This document shows, piece by piece, positions 1-9,694 of a DNA stretch of 64,000 bases. The notes beneath the pieces were generated by a model. The model was not told where the DNA came from. It ran no database searches and saw only the letters and a list, made by a program, of their open reading frames with translations. This DNA is from Actinomycetota bacterium (lineage in GTDB: Bacteria; Actinomycetota; Actinomycetes; S36-B12; UBA5976): NCBI GenBank assembly GCA_026392515.1, contig JAPLBY010000034.1, forward strand, positions 300 through 64,299, given 5' to 3'. The number at the start of each line of letters is the position of its first letter. Within the stretch, counting starts at the first letter, position 1. Both the position numbers and the translations under genes were made by a program.

Positions 1-460
1 CACTAGCTGGGCTTGGTCCGCTATAGGTTCTTGCCATTGGATCTGAAGCAACCCATTTAACTGGAAAGTTTCGATTTAGGTCAACGCCATTTGCATTGCG
101 GCGGGTAGCCAAATTTGAACCATCTGGATTTCCATCACGAATTAACCAAATATTGGTATCAGCTGGAGCCCCAGTTGAAGCTAGTTCATCAACAACTCTC
201 CTGCCATCAGGTTCATCACCATGAATTGTGCCAATTACTAAGAGGATGTTTTCCGCTTCAGGATTCGAGCCATTCAACTGGCATGCTTCAATTGCCATGC
301 CTTGAACTGAGGCCCCAATAGACATTGTCTGTTGGCAACCACCTTTAGGCTCTTGATTCAATACGTAGTTCGGGGTCTGCCAAATTCTAAATGCCAAAAC
401 GACAGCAAAAGCTGCAATGGCGAGCAAGGCGCCTTCGATGACAAATAGCCAAACCTTCAT
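1..460 (-). CDS. M14-family zinc carboxypeptidase-like protein (N-terminal part; gene runs off the window start)
   Basis: Absent from the ORF track because it is open at the window edge. Reverse translation from the ATG (complement of cat 458-460) gives MKVWLFVIEGALLAIAAFAVVLAF (membrane anchor or signal), then LLVIGTIHGDEPDG, IWLIRDGNPDG and RRNANGVDLNRNFP. These are the HxxE zinc motif and the NPDG and R-N-x-x-G-V-D-L-N-R-N-F motifs typical of M14 (MpaA-like) peptidases. Confidence 0.7.
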   Translation of the reverse strand, partial: MKVWLFVIEGALLAIAAFAVVLAFRIWQTPNYVLNQEPKGGCQQTMSIGASVQGMAIEACQLNGSNPEAENILLVIGTIHGDEPDGRRVVDELASTGAPADTNIWLIRDGNPDGSNLATRRNANGVDLNRNFPVKWVASDPMARTYSGPSPAS

Positions 461-489
461 TCGCACGAGATGAATCTACCTGATTCAAT

Positions 490-1827
490 TCACCAGCCTG
501 TGAAAGCCGCAATCATTTCATCAGTTACTAGGCCCGATTTAGCGTCTGCAATTGCTTGAGCGATGATACGGATGCCTTGCTCGATTTCATTTGCCTGCAC
601 CGTAAGCGGTGGCGTTACTTCCAATACATTCGCGCCAACGTAATAGACAACGACTCCAAGTTCCCAGGCGCGATACACCGTTTTCCGAGCTAGATCATGG
701 TTTCGATTATTAGTTTCCCGATCGGTGACTAGGTCAATTCCGATGGCAAGGCCGTGTCCACGGACATCGCCAACGACATCAGCAATATCAAATTCAGTTA
801 CAAGATCACTGAATAACTCTCGAAGTTTTTGCCCCGAATGTTTAGCAAGGCTTGCAAGGTCTTGCGAAATAATAACCTCCAGCGCAGCAATTCCCGCAGC
901 AACACAAATTGGGTTTCCCGCAGCAGTCATCAATGCCGAACCTGTTGGACCATCAAGAATTCTTGCTGGTCCAACTGCTGCCGATAACGGCAAACCGCCG
1001 CCAAGCATCTTGCCGAAAGTCACAATGTCAGGCACGACGTCATCGAGAAGGAAAGCGTGCAGTAGGCCAGTTCGACCAAGGCCCACTTTTACTTCATCGC
1101 AGATAAACAAAACGTCGTAAGTCTTACAAAGGGCTGCGACTGCCTTCATAAATCCAGGTGGTGGAACGATTAAGCCACCGTCAGATTGGATTGGCTCCAT
1201 GATTAAGCAGGCAACATCGCCAGCCTCAAATTCGCTTTGGATTCGCTGCAATGAATCTGCAACAGAATCTGCAATGCTTCCCAGATGTGGTCGGAAGGGA
1301 TCAGGATAAGGAATAAATGTCGCACCATCTGCGGCAGTGGTATTTGTTCCAACATGAACACCCGAAACCCCCATGGCAAATCCGACCCCACCGTGGTAAC
1401 TGTTTTCAAAAGTGATTACACGAGACTTTCCGGTGTTGAATTTGCAGGATCTCAGCACAACATCGTTTGCGTCAGAGCCAGTGTTTCCAATGTAAACCCG
1501 TCGATTTTCTTCACCAGGAACTATGGCCAACAAAAGTTCTGCAAACTTCACCAAGTCTGGGTGGATTGCTGAAATGCCTCCAAAGCCTGGTGGATTTGTG
1601 GCAGCTTCAACAATGGCTTTAGTGACTGTCGGGTTCCCATAACCAAGACCGCCTGCAGTCCAACTACTGGAAAAGTCCAGAAGTTCGCGACCCCCTGGTT
1701 CAACCAAAACTGTGCCGTTGCCAGACTCTGCAACTAGCGGAAAGAACCTTAACTTCTCAACCCCAGCAACGCTGGCTGCATCACGGGTAAGTAAATCTTG
1801 AACTAACGGATGAATAGTTGAGGCCAT
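490..1827 (-). CDS. class III PLP-dependent aminotransferase (omega-amino acid/GABA-type)
   Basis: 445-aa ORF. Motifs GNTGSDANDVVLR, SYHGG, CDEVKVGLGRTG and TFGKMLGGGLPLSA (PLP lysine context). Last gene of the co-directional operon 490-9694. Confidence 0.85.
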   Translation of the reverse strand: MASTIHPLVQDLLTRDAASVAGVEKLRFFPLVAESGNGTVLVEPGGRELLDFSSSWTAGGLGYGNPTVTKAIVEAATNPPGFGGISAIHPDLVKFAELLLAIVPGEENRRVYIGNTGSDANDVVLRSCKFNTGKSRVITFENSYHGGVGFAMGVSGVHVGTNTTAADGATFIPYPDPFRPHLGSIADSVADSLQRIQSEFEAGDVACLIMEPIQSDGGLIVPPPGFMKAVAALCKTYDVLFICDEVKVGLGRTGLLHAFLLDDVVPDIVTFGKMLGGGLPLSAAVGPARILDGPTGSALMTAAGNPICVAAGIAALEVIISQDLASLAKHSGQKLRELFSDLVTEFDIADVVGDVRGHGLAIGIDLVTDRETNNRNHDLARKTVYRAWELGVVVYYVGANVLEVTPPLTVQANEIEQGIRIIAQAIADAKSGLVTDEMIAAFTGW

Positions 1828-1836
1828 AAGTACTCC

Positions 1837-2976
1837 CTAGTTAAGTTCGTAAGCGAGTTTGGCATTTGCGTAACCGATGCTATCGGTTACGTGCTTTGCG
1901 TCAGCTAAACTCCAAAGCCCTTGGTCAACCCACTCTGCCAGAACTCTGCCGAAGCCATATCTAAACATTGCTGCGCCCATATACGTCAGCTCAGATAGAC
2001 CCCAAGCATCTGAGCTAAACAAAATTTTGTGAAAGGGTGCAAGTTCTAATGACTCAGCGATAATCGCTTCACTGCGAGCACCAGTGTAGTTGATTGCTAA
2101 TCCAACATCGAGATAGACATTTTCAAACATTTGGGCCAAGTAGCCTGCGTTGCGATGGAACGGGTACGTGTGCAACAACATAATTGGAACTTTTCGCGAC
2201 TCGGCATGCTTAATGAAATTTGTCATCAATAGTGGATCGCATAAATGTAGGTACAAGTCTGGATCACCGTAACCAATGTGAAATTGGATCGGAAGATTAA
2301 GTTCTAGCCCAGCAAAAATAAGGTGCCTTAACAAGATTGGATCATCGATTCTGGCTGGTGCCCCAGAATCCACTTGTCGAAGCACTGGTTCGATAGCTTT
2401 CTGCACCTCTTGTTGACTTGGAGGAGACGGTTCAAAATGTAATCCGTACCGATAAGCCACAATGCTTTTCAGGCCAACTGCACCTTTGGCGGCAATTGCA
2501 AGTTCACGCGCGAAATCAGTGACGAACGATTCGGAAGTCACCGTACCCGTATCTAACAGTTTCTCAGCTGTGGTCTCAAGGCGAATGACTTTATCGACTT
2601 TGTGCCCCGCTAACTTTGCCATTCCTTCTGGTCCATGAATTTCAGTGCCCCTAAAGCCAGTTTCGATTAACGAGTGGGTTACACCACACGCTGTTAGAAA
2701 TCGACGATTGACTTCGGAGGCGCCCAGTTCAATGCGCCTAGCGAAATAACTTTGTGGATCACAGTGAGTTGGCAAATCAAGTAATGGAGCACACCATTTT
2801 CTGGTTGCAAAACCGACTTGACTATTCATAGCAATATCTAAAGACTTTGGCTGCCGATCTGATTCAGTAATCATGTTTGAAAACTCATCTACGGTTGGAT
2901 TATTTTCATAAACCCCATGTACATGATGATCGACTAATCCAACATGATCTACATAATCTTGAATTTCTGAACTCAT
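1837..2976 (-). CDS. amidohydrolase_2-type metal-dependent hydrolase (TIM barrel)
   Basis: VDHHVHG near the N-terminus, FHIGYGDPD, and FSSDAWG near the C-terminus. I place the start at the internal ATG (MSSEIQDY, complement of 2974-2976) because the longer ORF (to 3012) overlaps the upstream gene by 28 nt. Confidence 0.75.
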   Translation of the reverse strand: MSSEIQDYVDHVGLVDHHVHGVYENNPTVDEFSNMITESDRQPKSLDIAMNSQVGFATRKWCAPLLDLPTHCDPQSYFARRIELGASEVNRRFLTACGVTHSLIETGFRGTEIHGPEGMAKLAGHKVDKVIRLETTAEKLLDTGTVTSESFVTDFARELAIAAKGAVGLKSIVAYRYGLHFEPSPPSQQEVQKAIEPVLRQVDSGAPARIDDPILLRHLIFAGLELNLPIQFHIGYGDPDLYLHLCDPLLMTNFIKHAESRKVPIMLLHTYPFHRNAGYLAQMFENVYLDVGLAINYTGARSEAIIAESLELAPFHKILFSSDAWGLSELTYMGAAMFRYGFGRVLAEWVDQGLWSLADAKHVTDSIGYANAKLAYELN

Positions 2977-2984
2977 CAAAGACC

Positions 2985-4277
2985 TTAATAAGCTTCGTTG
3001 TATCGAGCGCACTTTGCAGCACCATCAAGGCCAGCCAAAGTTTTTTCCTCGCTTGCTCGGATTCCCAAGTGGGTATCAATTAGATCTTTTGCAAACCAGG
3101 TTTGCATGACACTGTTGGCGTTAAATGCTGCAATTGCGTCATTTAAGGTCGCAGGTAATTGTGGAACATCGACGTTATCCACGTGATCATCCACGATTTG
3201 ATCAATCTTCAAATCTCGATCCAGGCCATCGGACATGGCATTGATGAGACAAGACATAACCAAATATGGGTTTGCGGTTGCGTCCGCAGCTCTATATTCA
3301 ACATTGAAAATCTTGTTAGGGTCTGAGCCACTTGGAATTGGGCAAATTCGAAGTAAGGCCTCACGATTTTGTCGCCCAATGCAAATTCCCCCAGCACTCC
3401 AGCGATGTGGAGTCAGGCGCAATGCAGAAATCTGACTTGGAGCAGTCCAAGCCAAAATTCCCTCAGCATGATCCAAAACTCCAGCAAAAGCCGACTCAGC
3501 GACACTCGATAGCCCAGCTTTTCCTTTCGGATCGTAAGTGAATGGCTTGCCATTTTTAGTCAAGGAGATATGAACGTGCACCCCGTTACCGACTGCATCA
3601 GGGTGTGGAATGGGCACAAATGTTGCGCGCAGCTTATTCTCACGTGCCACATGTCTGATTAATTCTTTGAGAATTACTGCGTGATCACATGCAGTAAGGG
3701 CGCCTTGCGGTGTCATAGTTACTTCAAATTGACCTGCACCATATTCTGGAAGCCAGTTTTCCAATTCAATTCCAGCAGCAACGCAAGCATCCCAAACTTC
3801 ACTACCGAATGGTTCTGAAGCCAACATGGAATCAAGACCAAACGGTGATCCTGGTAGCGAAGAGCCATCTTCGCGCTTTGTAACAAACTCATGTTCAAAA
3901 GATGCAACAACTTCTAGTCCATGGTCGTTGCGAAGTCGTTCGATAGCTATCTTCAAGTTACTTCTTGGGCAGCACTCCCAAGGCTTGCCGTCCATCGTGT
4001 ACTGATCAGCTAAATAGATCTCTACGTCACGACCATATTCCTTACCCCGAAATACCGCTTTCGTTGTTAAATCCGGAATCAGTCTCAAGTCACCTAATGC
4101 GCCAAATGGGTTTGGATCAGCAAGGGCACCAAAGGCATTAAGTGCTAGATCTGCTGGGACCCATCCCACGCCTGATGTTGGATTTAGTTCGGATTTAGGC
4201 AACGACCTGCCGCGCGTAATGGCAACTAAATCATTGACTGCAATGAATGCAAAAGGTTCGACGCTATCCGATTTCAT
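2985..4277 (-). CDS. glutamine synthetase-like ligase (probable gamma-glutamyl-amine synthetase, GlnA/PuuA family)
   Basis: 430 aa. GS catalytic-domain motifs FEHEF, EYGAGQFEVT, GNGVHVHISL, RLTPHRWSAG..GRQNREALLRI and VEYRAADATANPYL. The start overlaps the upstream gene's stop by 14 nt. Confidence 0.8.
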   Translation of the reverse strand: MKSDSVEPFAFIAVNDLVAITRGRSLPKSELNPTSGVGWVPADLALNAFGALADPNPFGALGDLRLIPDLTTKAVFRGKEYGRDVEIYLADQYTMDGKPWECCPRSNLKIAIERLRNDHGLEVVASFEHEFVTKREDGSSLPGSPFGLDSMLASEPFGSEVWDACVAAGIELENWLPEYGAGQFEVTMTPQGALTACDHAVILKELIRHVARENKLRATFVPIPHPDAVGNGVHVHISLTKNGKPFTYDPKGKAGLSSVAESAFAGVLDHAEGILAWTAPSQISALRLTPHRWSAGGICIGRQNREALLRICPIPSGSDPNKIFNVEYRAADATANPYLVMSCLINAMSDGLDRDLKIDQIVDDHVDNVDVPQLPATLNDAIAAFNANSVMQTWFAKDLIDTHLGIRASEEKTLAGLDGAAKCARYNEAY

Positions 4278-5022
4278 GAGTTGTTACATCTCCTGTGTTT
4301 CTGTTTATTCTCAGTAGTGATCCGTTCTTAAGTTCATTAAAGTTGTTAGGGTTCGGCCTAACACCGGATGACCAGGCAGAAGTTACACCTTCAACTGATT
4401 GCCAAAACAGATCGTAATAATCTGGCTGCAATTCTGGACTCCGATTTTCAGGCTTATGTTGGCACACAATAACAAGTTCGGTTTCCGTCAGGATTATGGC
4501 GTTAATCGACGTGTAATGTATCGGCGCAAAATCCTTTACAAGTGCCTGATAAGCCGCGACTAAATCTCCGTCAGATTTTCGCAACTGAGTTAGTAGCGCA
4601 GCAAAGTACCGTTCGCTATCAGTATCGCCTTCTAGTTCGGCCTGGTAATCAGCATCGATTAATGCATTTAAGGAATCACCTCTGGCAACTCCCCCATTGT
4701 GAATGAAAGCGATTTCTCCCATAGAGCTTTTCTTAACAAATGGATGGGTGTTTGGAATGCAAACCGCAAGTTCCTCGGTTGCCCACCGCAAATGTGCAAT
4801 GGCATCAGTCGATTTCATTTGCGTAACAAGATCTGAATAAACCTTGGAATTATGAGCTGGACTAGTGTCTCTCACTAATCTGATTTCATCGGCTTCGCCA
4901 TAGGCAATGCCCCAGCCATCGCGGTGGATCGTGCTGAGCTCTGTAAAGGCTGGAAGATCTGAACCAAGAGCCGCATCAACACTCAATGGGTTGGTGCTAT
5001 GCCAAGCAAACAATCGGCACAA
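4264..5022 (-). CDS. class II (Ntn, Cys2) glutamine amidotransferase-like protein (YafJ/EgtC-like)
   Basis: Begins MCRLFAWHS (Cys2 nucleophile signature). Also HRDGWG, HLRWAT, THPF and FIHNGG. Confidence 0.75.
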   Translation of the reverse strand: MCRLFAWHSTNPLSVDAALGSDLPAFTELSTIHRDGWGIAYGEADEIRLVRDTSPAHNSKVYSDLVTQMKSTDAIAHLRWATEELAVCIPNTHPFVKKSSMGEIAFIHNGGVARGDSLNALIDADYQAELEGDTDSERYFAALLTQLRKSDGDLVAAYQALVKDFAPIHYTSINAIILTETELVIVCQHKPENRSPELQPDYYDLFWQSVEGVTSAWSSGVRPNPNNFNELKNGSLLRINRNTGDVTTHEIG

Positions 5023-5024
5023 AG

Positions 5025-5912
5025 TTACACCTTTTCCTGAGTACGTTTCCCAAAAATACCATTGGGGAAAATTGACAAGATGATAACCACGATCGTGTAA
5101 GTGATCGCATCACGATAAGGCATTACATTCGGTGGCAACCAAGTCTGTAGCGCGATTTCAATTGCGCTCAATATGAATCCGCCTGCTACTGCTCCAGTTA
5201 GGCTTCCAAGGCCACCAATTACTGCCACAATAAATGCCGCTAACACTGGCTTGAATCCCATTAAGGGGTCAACTGAACCTCTTTGGATTACCCAAAGCAC
5301 GCCAGCGACACCAGCTAGTAATCCAGACAACAAAAAGGCAAACGAAATCAATCTAGATGCCTTAACGCCCATTAAGCCAACAATTTCAAAGTCATCAGCC
5401 GCAGCTCTAATTGCCCAACCCCAATAACTTCGGTCGAAAAAGAACTTAAGGGCTAACAGCGCAAGAACACCAACTGTGATCGACATGATTTGTACTTTTG
5501 AAATCTGAGAATTACCAATCGAAAGCGAAGTAGTTAACCAAGTTGGTACCGGGACTGCTTGACCTCTAGGTGAGATTCCATTTTGAAACAAAACTTGGAG
5601 CAACATCGAAACTGCGAAACTTGTCATAAGTAGAGTTGCGCCACTGGCATTCCGAACAGGTCTGAAAGCGGCAAATTCCATCAAGGCCGCAGAAATGCCA
5701 CCTGCAATTACAGCCACGAAAACCGCCAACCAGAACGGCTGTCCCGTCAAAATTCCAGCGAGAAGAACATAACCGGTTAGGGTCATTAATTCACCGTGTG
5801 CAAAGTTAATAAGTCCCAGCACGCTGAATATGACTGCCAAGCCAAGTGCTAATAGTGCATAAGTGCCACCTAGCGAGATGACATTTACAAGGTAGGAAAT
5901 TAGAGCATCCAC
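5025..5912 (-). CDS. Liv/HAAT-family ABC transporter permease (LivH-like)
   Basis: 295-aa polytopic membrane protein. INFAHGELMTLTGY resembles the LivH N-terminal motif. Sits next to a LivF-like ATPase. Confidence 0.8.
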   Translation of the reverse strand: MDALISYLVNVISLGGTYALLALGLAVIFSVLGLINFAHGELMTLTGYVLLAGILTGQPFWLAVFVAVIAGGISAALMEFAAFRPVRNASGATLLMTSFAVSMLLQVLFQNGISPRGQAVPVPTWLTTSLSIGNSQISKVQIMSITVGVLALLALKFFFDRSYWGWAIRAAADDFEIVGLMGVKASRLISFAFLLSGLLAGVAGVLWVIQRGSVDPLMGFKPVLAAFIVAVIGGLGSLTGAVAGGFILSAIEIALQTWLPPNVMPYRDAITYTIVVIILSIFPNGIFGKRTQEKV

Positions 5913-6622
5913 TACTCAGCACCTCCTAAGTAAACCTTTTTAACTTCATCAGAAGTTCTTAAGTCTGCAGCTAGGCCTTCAAGTGCAATCTCTCCAGTAG
6001 ACATTGCATATGCGCGATCGGCGAATTTTAAAACTCGCATTACTTCTTGTTCCACAATGACCATGGCAAGGCCGGTCTTGCGCAAGTCGGACAACAACTG
6101 ATAAACTGCATCAACAATTGTCGGGGCTAAGCCAAGAGATGGCTCATCAATTAATAAAAGTTTTGGTCGAGACATTAATGCTCGAGCGATTGCAACTTGC
6201 TGTTGTTCGCCACCAGACAAAGTTCCGGAAACTTGTTGAAGTCTTTCCCGAAGAATCGGAAGGCGATTTAATAAATCATCGAATAAGTCATCGGACTTGG
6301 CTTTACGTGGTGCACCTAGCATCAGATTTTCGCGCACTGTTAGATGAGGAAAAAGTCGACGCCCTTCGGGCACTAATGACAGTCCCAACGAAACAATTCG
6401 TTCAGTTGGCGCACCGGTGATATCTTGACCCGCGAAATTTACCGCGCCTTGGGATTTAATCAAACCCACAATTGCTCGCAAAGTCGAAGATTTGCCCGCA
6501 CCATTAGGGCCAAGGAGGGCGACTACTTCGCCCTCCTTGACCTCAAGGTTGCTGCCGCGCACAGCCTTAACCGCTCCATACGAAATGGAAAGGTCTGTGG
6601 TTGTCAGCAGGGTGTTACTCAT
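5912..6622 (-). CDS. Liv/HAAT-family ABC transporter ATP-binding protein (LivF-like)
   Basis: Walker A GPNGAGKSS, ABC signature LSGGEQQQVAIARAL, Walker B LLLIDEPSLGL. Confidence 0.9.
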   Translation of the reverse strand: MSNTLLTTTDLSISYGAVKAVRGSNLEVKEGEVVALLGPNGAGKSSTLRAIVGLIKSQGAVNFAGQDITGAPTERIVSLGLSLVPEGRRLFPHLTVRENLMLGAPRKAKSDDLFDDLLNRLPILRERLQQVSGTLSGGEQQQVAIARALMSRPKLLLIDEPSLGLAPTIVDAVYQLLSDLRKTGLAMVIVEQEVMRVLKFADRAYAMSTGEIALEGLAADLRTSDEVKKVYLGGAE

Positions 6623-6624
6623 TT

Positions 6625-7857
6625 CTACAACTGAGCCTTTGGCACGGTTGCAGGATCTGGAGAGAACGTTCCAACAAGTGAACGTTCGCTGTTCTTGATT
6701 TCAACCAAGGCAACTTCACGAATAGCCATGCGATCGCCACCCTTGTAGCTGATTGCTCCAGTTATGCCTTGAGCGCCTTCAAGATTTGACCATGCTTGCC
6801 AAATCGCATCTGCGTCACAGCTTTGTGCCTGCTTAACAACAGCGTCAAGGGTAAGTCCTAGTTCATAACCTGTTACCGCATAGATGGTCTCAGGATCTTT
6901 ACCGTACTTACCGTTGTAGTCAGTGAAGAAAGTGCTCATTGCGCCTTCATTCTTCAATACACCAGCAGTTGTGTAGGTAACACCTTCAGCAATATCTGCA
7001 AGCGCCAATGTTGTAGGTGAATCGATACCATCTGTTCCAAGAACAGCAGCAGTGATTCCTGCACCACGTAGTGCCTTAATGAAAGTTGGGAAATCAGGCT
7101 CATACGCAGGAGTCATGATGACATCTGGCGCTGGACTTAGTGCCTTGATTTCATCAACAATCACGCTGAAGCTTGCTTGTCCCATTGAGAAGGTGCCTTC
7201 TCCAACAACTTTGCCACCGTTAGCTTCAAATGCTTCTTTGAAATAGCCTGGCAACAAGTTTGTGTAAGCACTATCAGGTGATCCAAGTGTGTATGCATTC
7301 TTGTAACCCTTTTCGGTTGCGTGGTCTGCAAGAACCTTGGCTTGTGTGTTGTCACCAAATGCATTAGAGAACATGTGGTCGCCAACTGCAAGCGGCAAAA
7401 TTGGTGAGGAGCCAAACCAAGATACGGCCGCAATGCCCGCATCCTGAGCCAACTGACCGGCTGCGATTGATGGGTCAGCATCGCCAGGAGTGATCAGGAT
7501 ACTGATTTCCTCAGCTACCAATTCAGCTGCCACGGTTGCGGATTGTGCCGCATCCGAGCGAGTGTCCTTGACTACTGTTTCAATCGTAAACTTTCCGTCT
7601 ACTCCACCAGCGGCATTAACTTGCTCTGCCCATAGTTCAAATCCCTCAAGATTTGGTACGTCAATGTATGCAAGGCCACCAGTCTGGCTTCCCGCTACAC
7701 CAACTTTTACTGTGCAGGCCGCACCAGCTGCAGGAGCAGTTGCTTCGCCGCTCGCTGTGGCTTCTCCGTCACCACTAGCACAAGCAGACACAAGCATGAT
7801 TGCACTTAGGCTCACGGCCATCTTTGTGACCTTAGAAGGTCCAGACTTTCGTTGCAT
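6625..7857 (-). CDS. ABC transporter substrate-binding lipoprotein (Liv/amide/urea-type periplasmic binding fold)
   Basis: Lipobox LVSAC after a hydrophobic N-terminus, followed by a low-complexity linker and a type I binding-protein-like body. Start set at MQRKSG (ATG at 7857), 7 nt after the upstream stop and preceded by GAAAGG. The 7899 start would overlap the upstream gene by 35 nt. Confidence 0.75.
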   Translation of the reverse strand: MQRKSGPSKVTKMAVSLSAIMLVSACASGDGEATASGEATAPAAGAACTVKVGVAGSQTGGLAYIDVPNLEGFELWAEQVNAAGGVDGKFTIETVVKDTRSDAAQSATVAAELVAEEISILITPGDADPSIAAGQLAQDAGIAAVSWFGSSPILPLAVGDHMFSNAFGDNTQAKVLADHATEKGYKNAYTLGSPDSAYTNLLPGYFKEAFEANGGKVVGEGTFSMGQASFSVIVDEIKALSPAPDVIMTPAYEPDFPTFIKALRGAGITAAVLGTDGIDSPTTLALADIAEGVTYTTAGVLKNEGAMSTFFTDYNGKYGKDPETIYAVTGYELGLTLDAVVKQAQSCDADAIWQAWSNLEGAQGITGAISYKGGDRMAIREVALVEIKNSERSLVGTFSPDPATVPKAQL

Positions 7858-7864
7858 TAGTTCA

Positions 7865-9694
7865 CTACCTTTCGTTATTTGTTGTTGTTTTTTCATCAAC
7901 TGATGATTCTTCTCCCCAGCCTAAATATGCAGCGTGCACTTCGGGTAGAGATAAGACTGTTTCTGGATCTCCCTGGGCAATTACCCGGCCGTGATCCAAG
8001 ACGGTTAGCGAATCGCAGGCTGATCTAATCAACGTCACATCGTGATCGATCAGTAGCATGCCAGCGTTTGCTTGCTTCATGATTTGGCGAAATTGAGCCA
8101 AGAGTTCAGCTGATTCTGCTGGATTCATTCCAGCAGCTGGTTCATCTAAGAGAAGAACAGAGGGCTTTAAAGCAAGAGCTCTAGCAATTTCTACTCGCCG
8201 CTGATCGCCGAATGAAAGTTCGCCGGCGAATCGATACGCGTGATGCATAACGCCAACTTGGTTAAGTAGGGATAGTGCAGATTTATCAGAATCCTTAACT
8301 GATTCACCAGCAGAAATGCAAGCAACAACGACGTTGTCCAATACTGTCAACTCTTTAAACAGTCTGATGTTTTGGAAAGTACGACCAAGACCAGACCTAG
8401 CACGCTTCCAAGTTTTTTCCTTGCTGATCTTTAAGTCGCCAAGTTGAATTTCCGCAGAATCAGCCTTAGAAATGCCTGTGATGCAGTTGACCATAGTTGA
8501 CTTGCCTGAGCCATTTGGTCCAATCAATCCGGAGATTTTGCCGCGCTCGACAAACATGCTGGCATCATCAAGGGCGACTAAACCTGAGAATCGCTTGGTG
8601 ATGTTAGTTGCAGTTAAAACTGGCTGACAGGACGGGAGTTGTTCGGCAACTGGAATTGTTGCATCAAGATTCGGTGAGTCCCCACGATACGCAGAAATTT
8701 CTTCAGGTTCATGGAAGCCCATAATTCCCTTTGGCCTCAGATACAGAGTCAATAAAATAATGATTGCAAGGCCTGCATTGGTTAAACCAAACAAGCCAAT
8801 GCTGTCGCCAATCTTTCGCAAGTTTTCTATAACGGCCATTACAAGAACAACCCCAACGACTGCGCCGGCTACCGAACCTGAGCCACCCACAATCAGCATT
8901 GTTAAAAGTGTCAAAGTTAACGTGAAGTAGAAATCTTTTGGCGAAAATGCACCAAGAAGACCGGCATAACATGCACCCATTCCACCCGCGACAGCTGCTG
9001 AAAGCACCCAGGCTTTGAATTGACTTCGTTGGATGCGCACACCAGCGCTCGAAGCTGCAATAACGTCATCACGTGAAGCCCTGACATGGATTCCAGTTTT
9101 TGAATCTCTAAACCATCGAGCAATAATCAATGCGATTATTGCAACTGTTGCCGCAACCGGAACGCTGGTAAAGCGCTTAACGCCATAGAACGTCTGACTA
9201 CCTCTGGTGAAATCTTCAGCACCAACAAGCGTGCTGTGAATAATGATTAGAATTCCAACCGTCGCAATCGATGCAGAATCCCGAAGTCTGGCAATTACTA
9301 AACCTGATAGCGCACCCACAAGCGTTGCTGCTAGCACTCCGCACAACATGGCTATTGGAAAGATAAAAGTTGTATCTTGCAAGAACACTGGGAGCGTTGA
9401 AAGCGATGTCTGCTTAACAATTGGAGTCATGGACAAGATGCCAGTTGTATAAGCCGAAACGCCAACAAAACCGACGTGACCGAAACTTAGAATGCCACTA
9501 TTGCCGCTAAATATTTGAAGCGCTAACACACCAATTAAAAGCGTCAAAGCATTTGCCAAAAGTAGCTGAGGTGCCTTCGACATACCGTTTCCGAAGAAAC
9601 CCACCAAGGCAATCAAAAGTGACCAAAAAGCCATGGACGTATAGCGTCTGGACAATCGGGATTTAGTCAGGGCTTCAGGAATAAGTTGCAACAC
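7865..9694 (-). CDS. fused LivM-like permease / LivG-like ATPase
   Basis: 609 aa. The N-terminal ~330 aa are multi-TM. The C-terminal half has Walker A GPNGSGKST, signature LSFGDQRRVEIARAL and Walker B LLLDEPAAGM. Confidence 0.85.
   Translation of the reverse strand: MLQLIPEALTKSRLSRRYTSMAFWSLLIALVGFFGNGMSKAPQLLLANALTLLIGVLALQIFSGNSGILSFGHVGFVGVSAYTTGILSMTPIVKQTSLSTLPVFLQDTTFIFPIAMLCGVLAATLVGALSGLVIARLRDSASIATVGILIIIHSTLVGAEDFTRGSQTFYGVKRFTSVPVAATVAIIALIIARWFRDSKTGIHVRASRDDVIAASSAGVRIQRSQFKAWVLSAAVAGGMGACYAGLLGAFSPKDFYFTLTLTLLTMLIVGGSGSVAGAVVGVVLVMAVIENLRKIGDSIGLFGLTNAGLAIIILLTLYLRPKGIMGFHEPEEISAYRGDSPNLDATIPVAEQLPSCQPVLTATNITKRFSGLVALDDASMFVERGKISGLIGPNGSGKSTMVNCITGISKADSAEIQLGDLKISKEKTWKRARSGLGRTFQNIRLFKELTVLDNVVVACISAGESVKDSDKSALSLLNQVGVMHHAYRFAGELSFGDQRRVEIARALALKPSVLLLDEPAAGMNPAESAELLAQFRQIMKQANAGMLLIDHDVTLIRSACDSLTVLDHGRVIAQGDPETVLSLPEVHAAYLGWGEESSVDEKTTTNNER

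Noticed and set aside
115-321. 68-aa plus-strand ORF at the left edge.
   Set aside because: The opposite strand encodes a clear M14 peptidase N-terminus (HGDE, NPDG, GVDLNRNF). The plus-strand product is His/Gln/Leu-rich with no similarity to anything I recognise.
725-1120. Long plus-strand ORFs antisense to annotated minus-strand genes, and the reverse case. Examples: 725-1120, 5173-5427, 7490-7903, 10748-11155, 11882-12292, 15386-15739, 27712-28203, 36210-36527, 36660-37148, 54507-54893.
   Set aside because: Each lies entirely inside a gene with strong family motifs on the other strand. Their translations are low-complexity (Ser/Arg/Pro/Ala-rich) with no recognisable motifs, which is typical of shadow ORFs in actinobacterial coding DNA.
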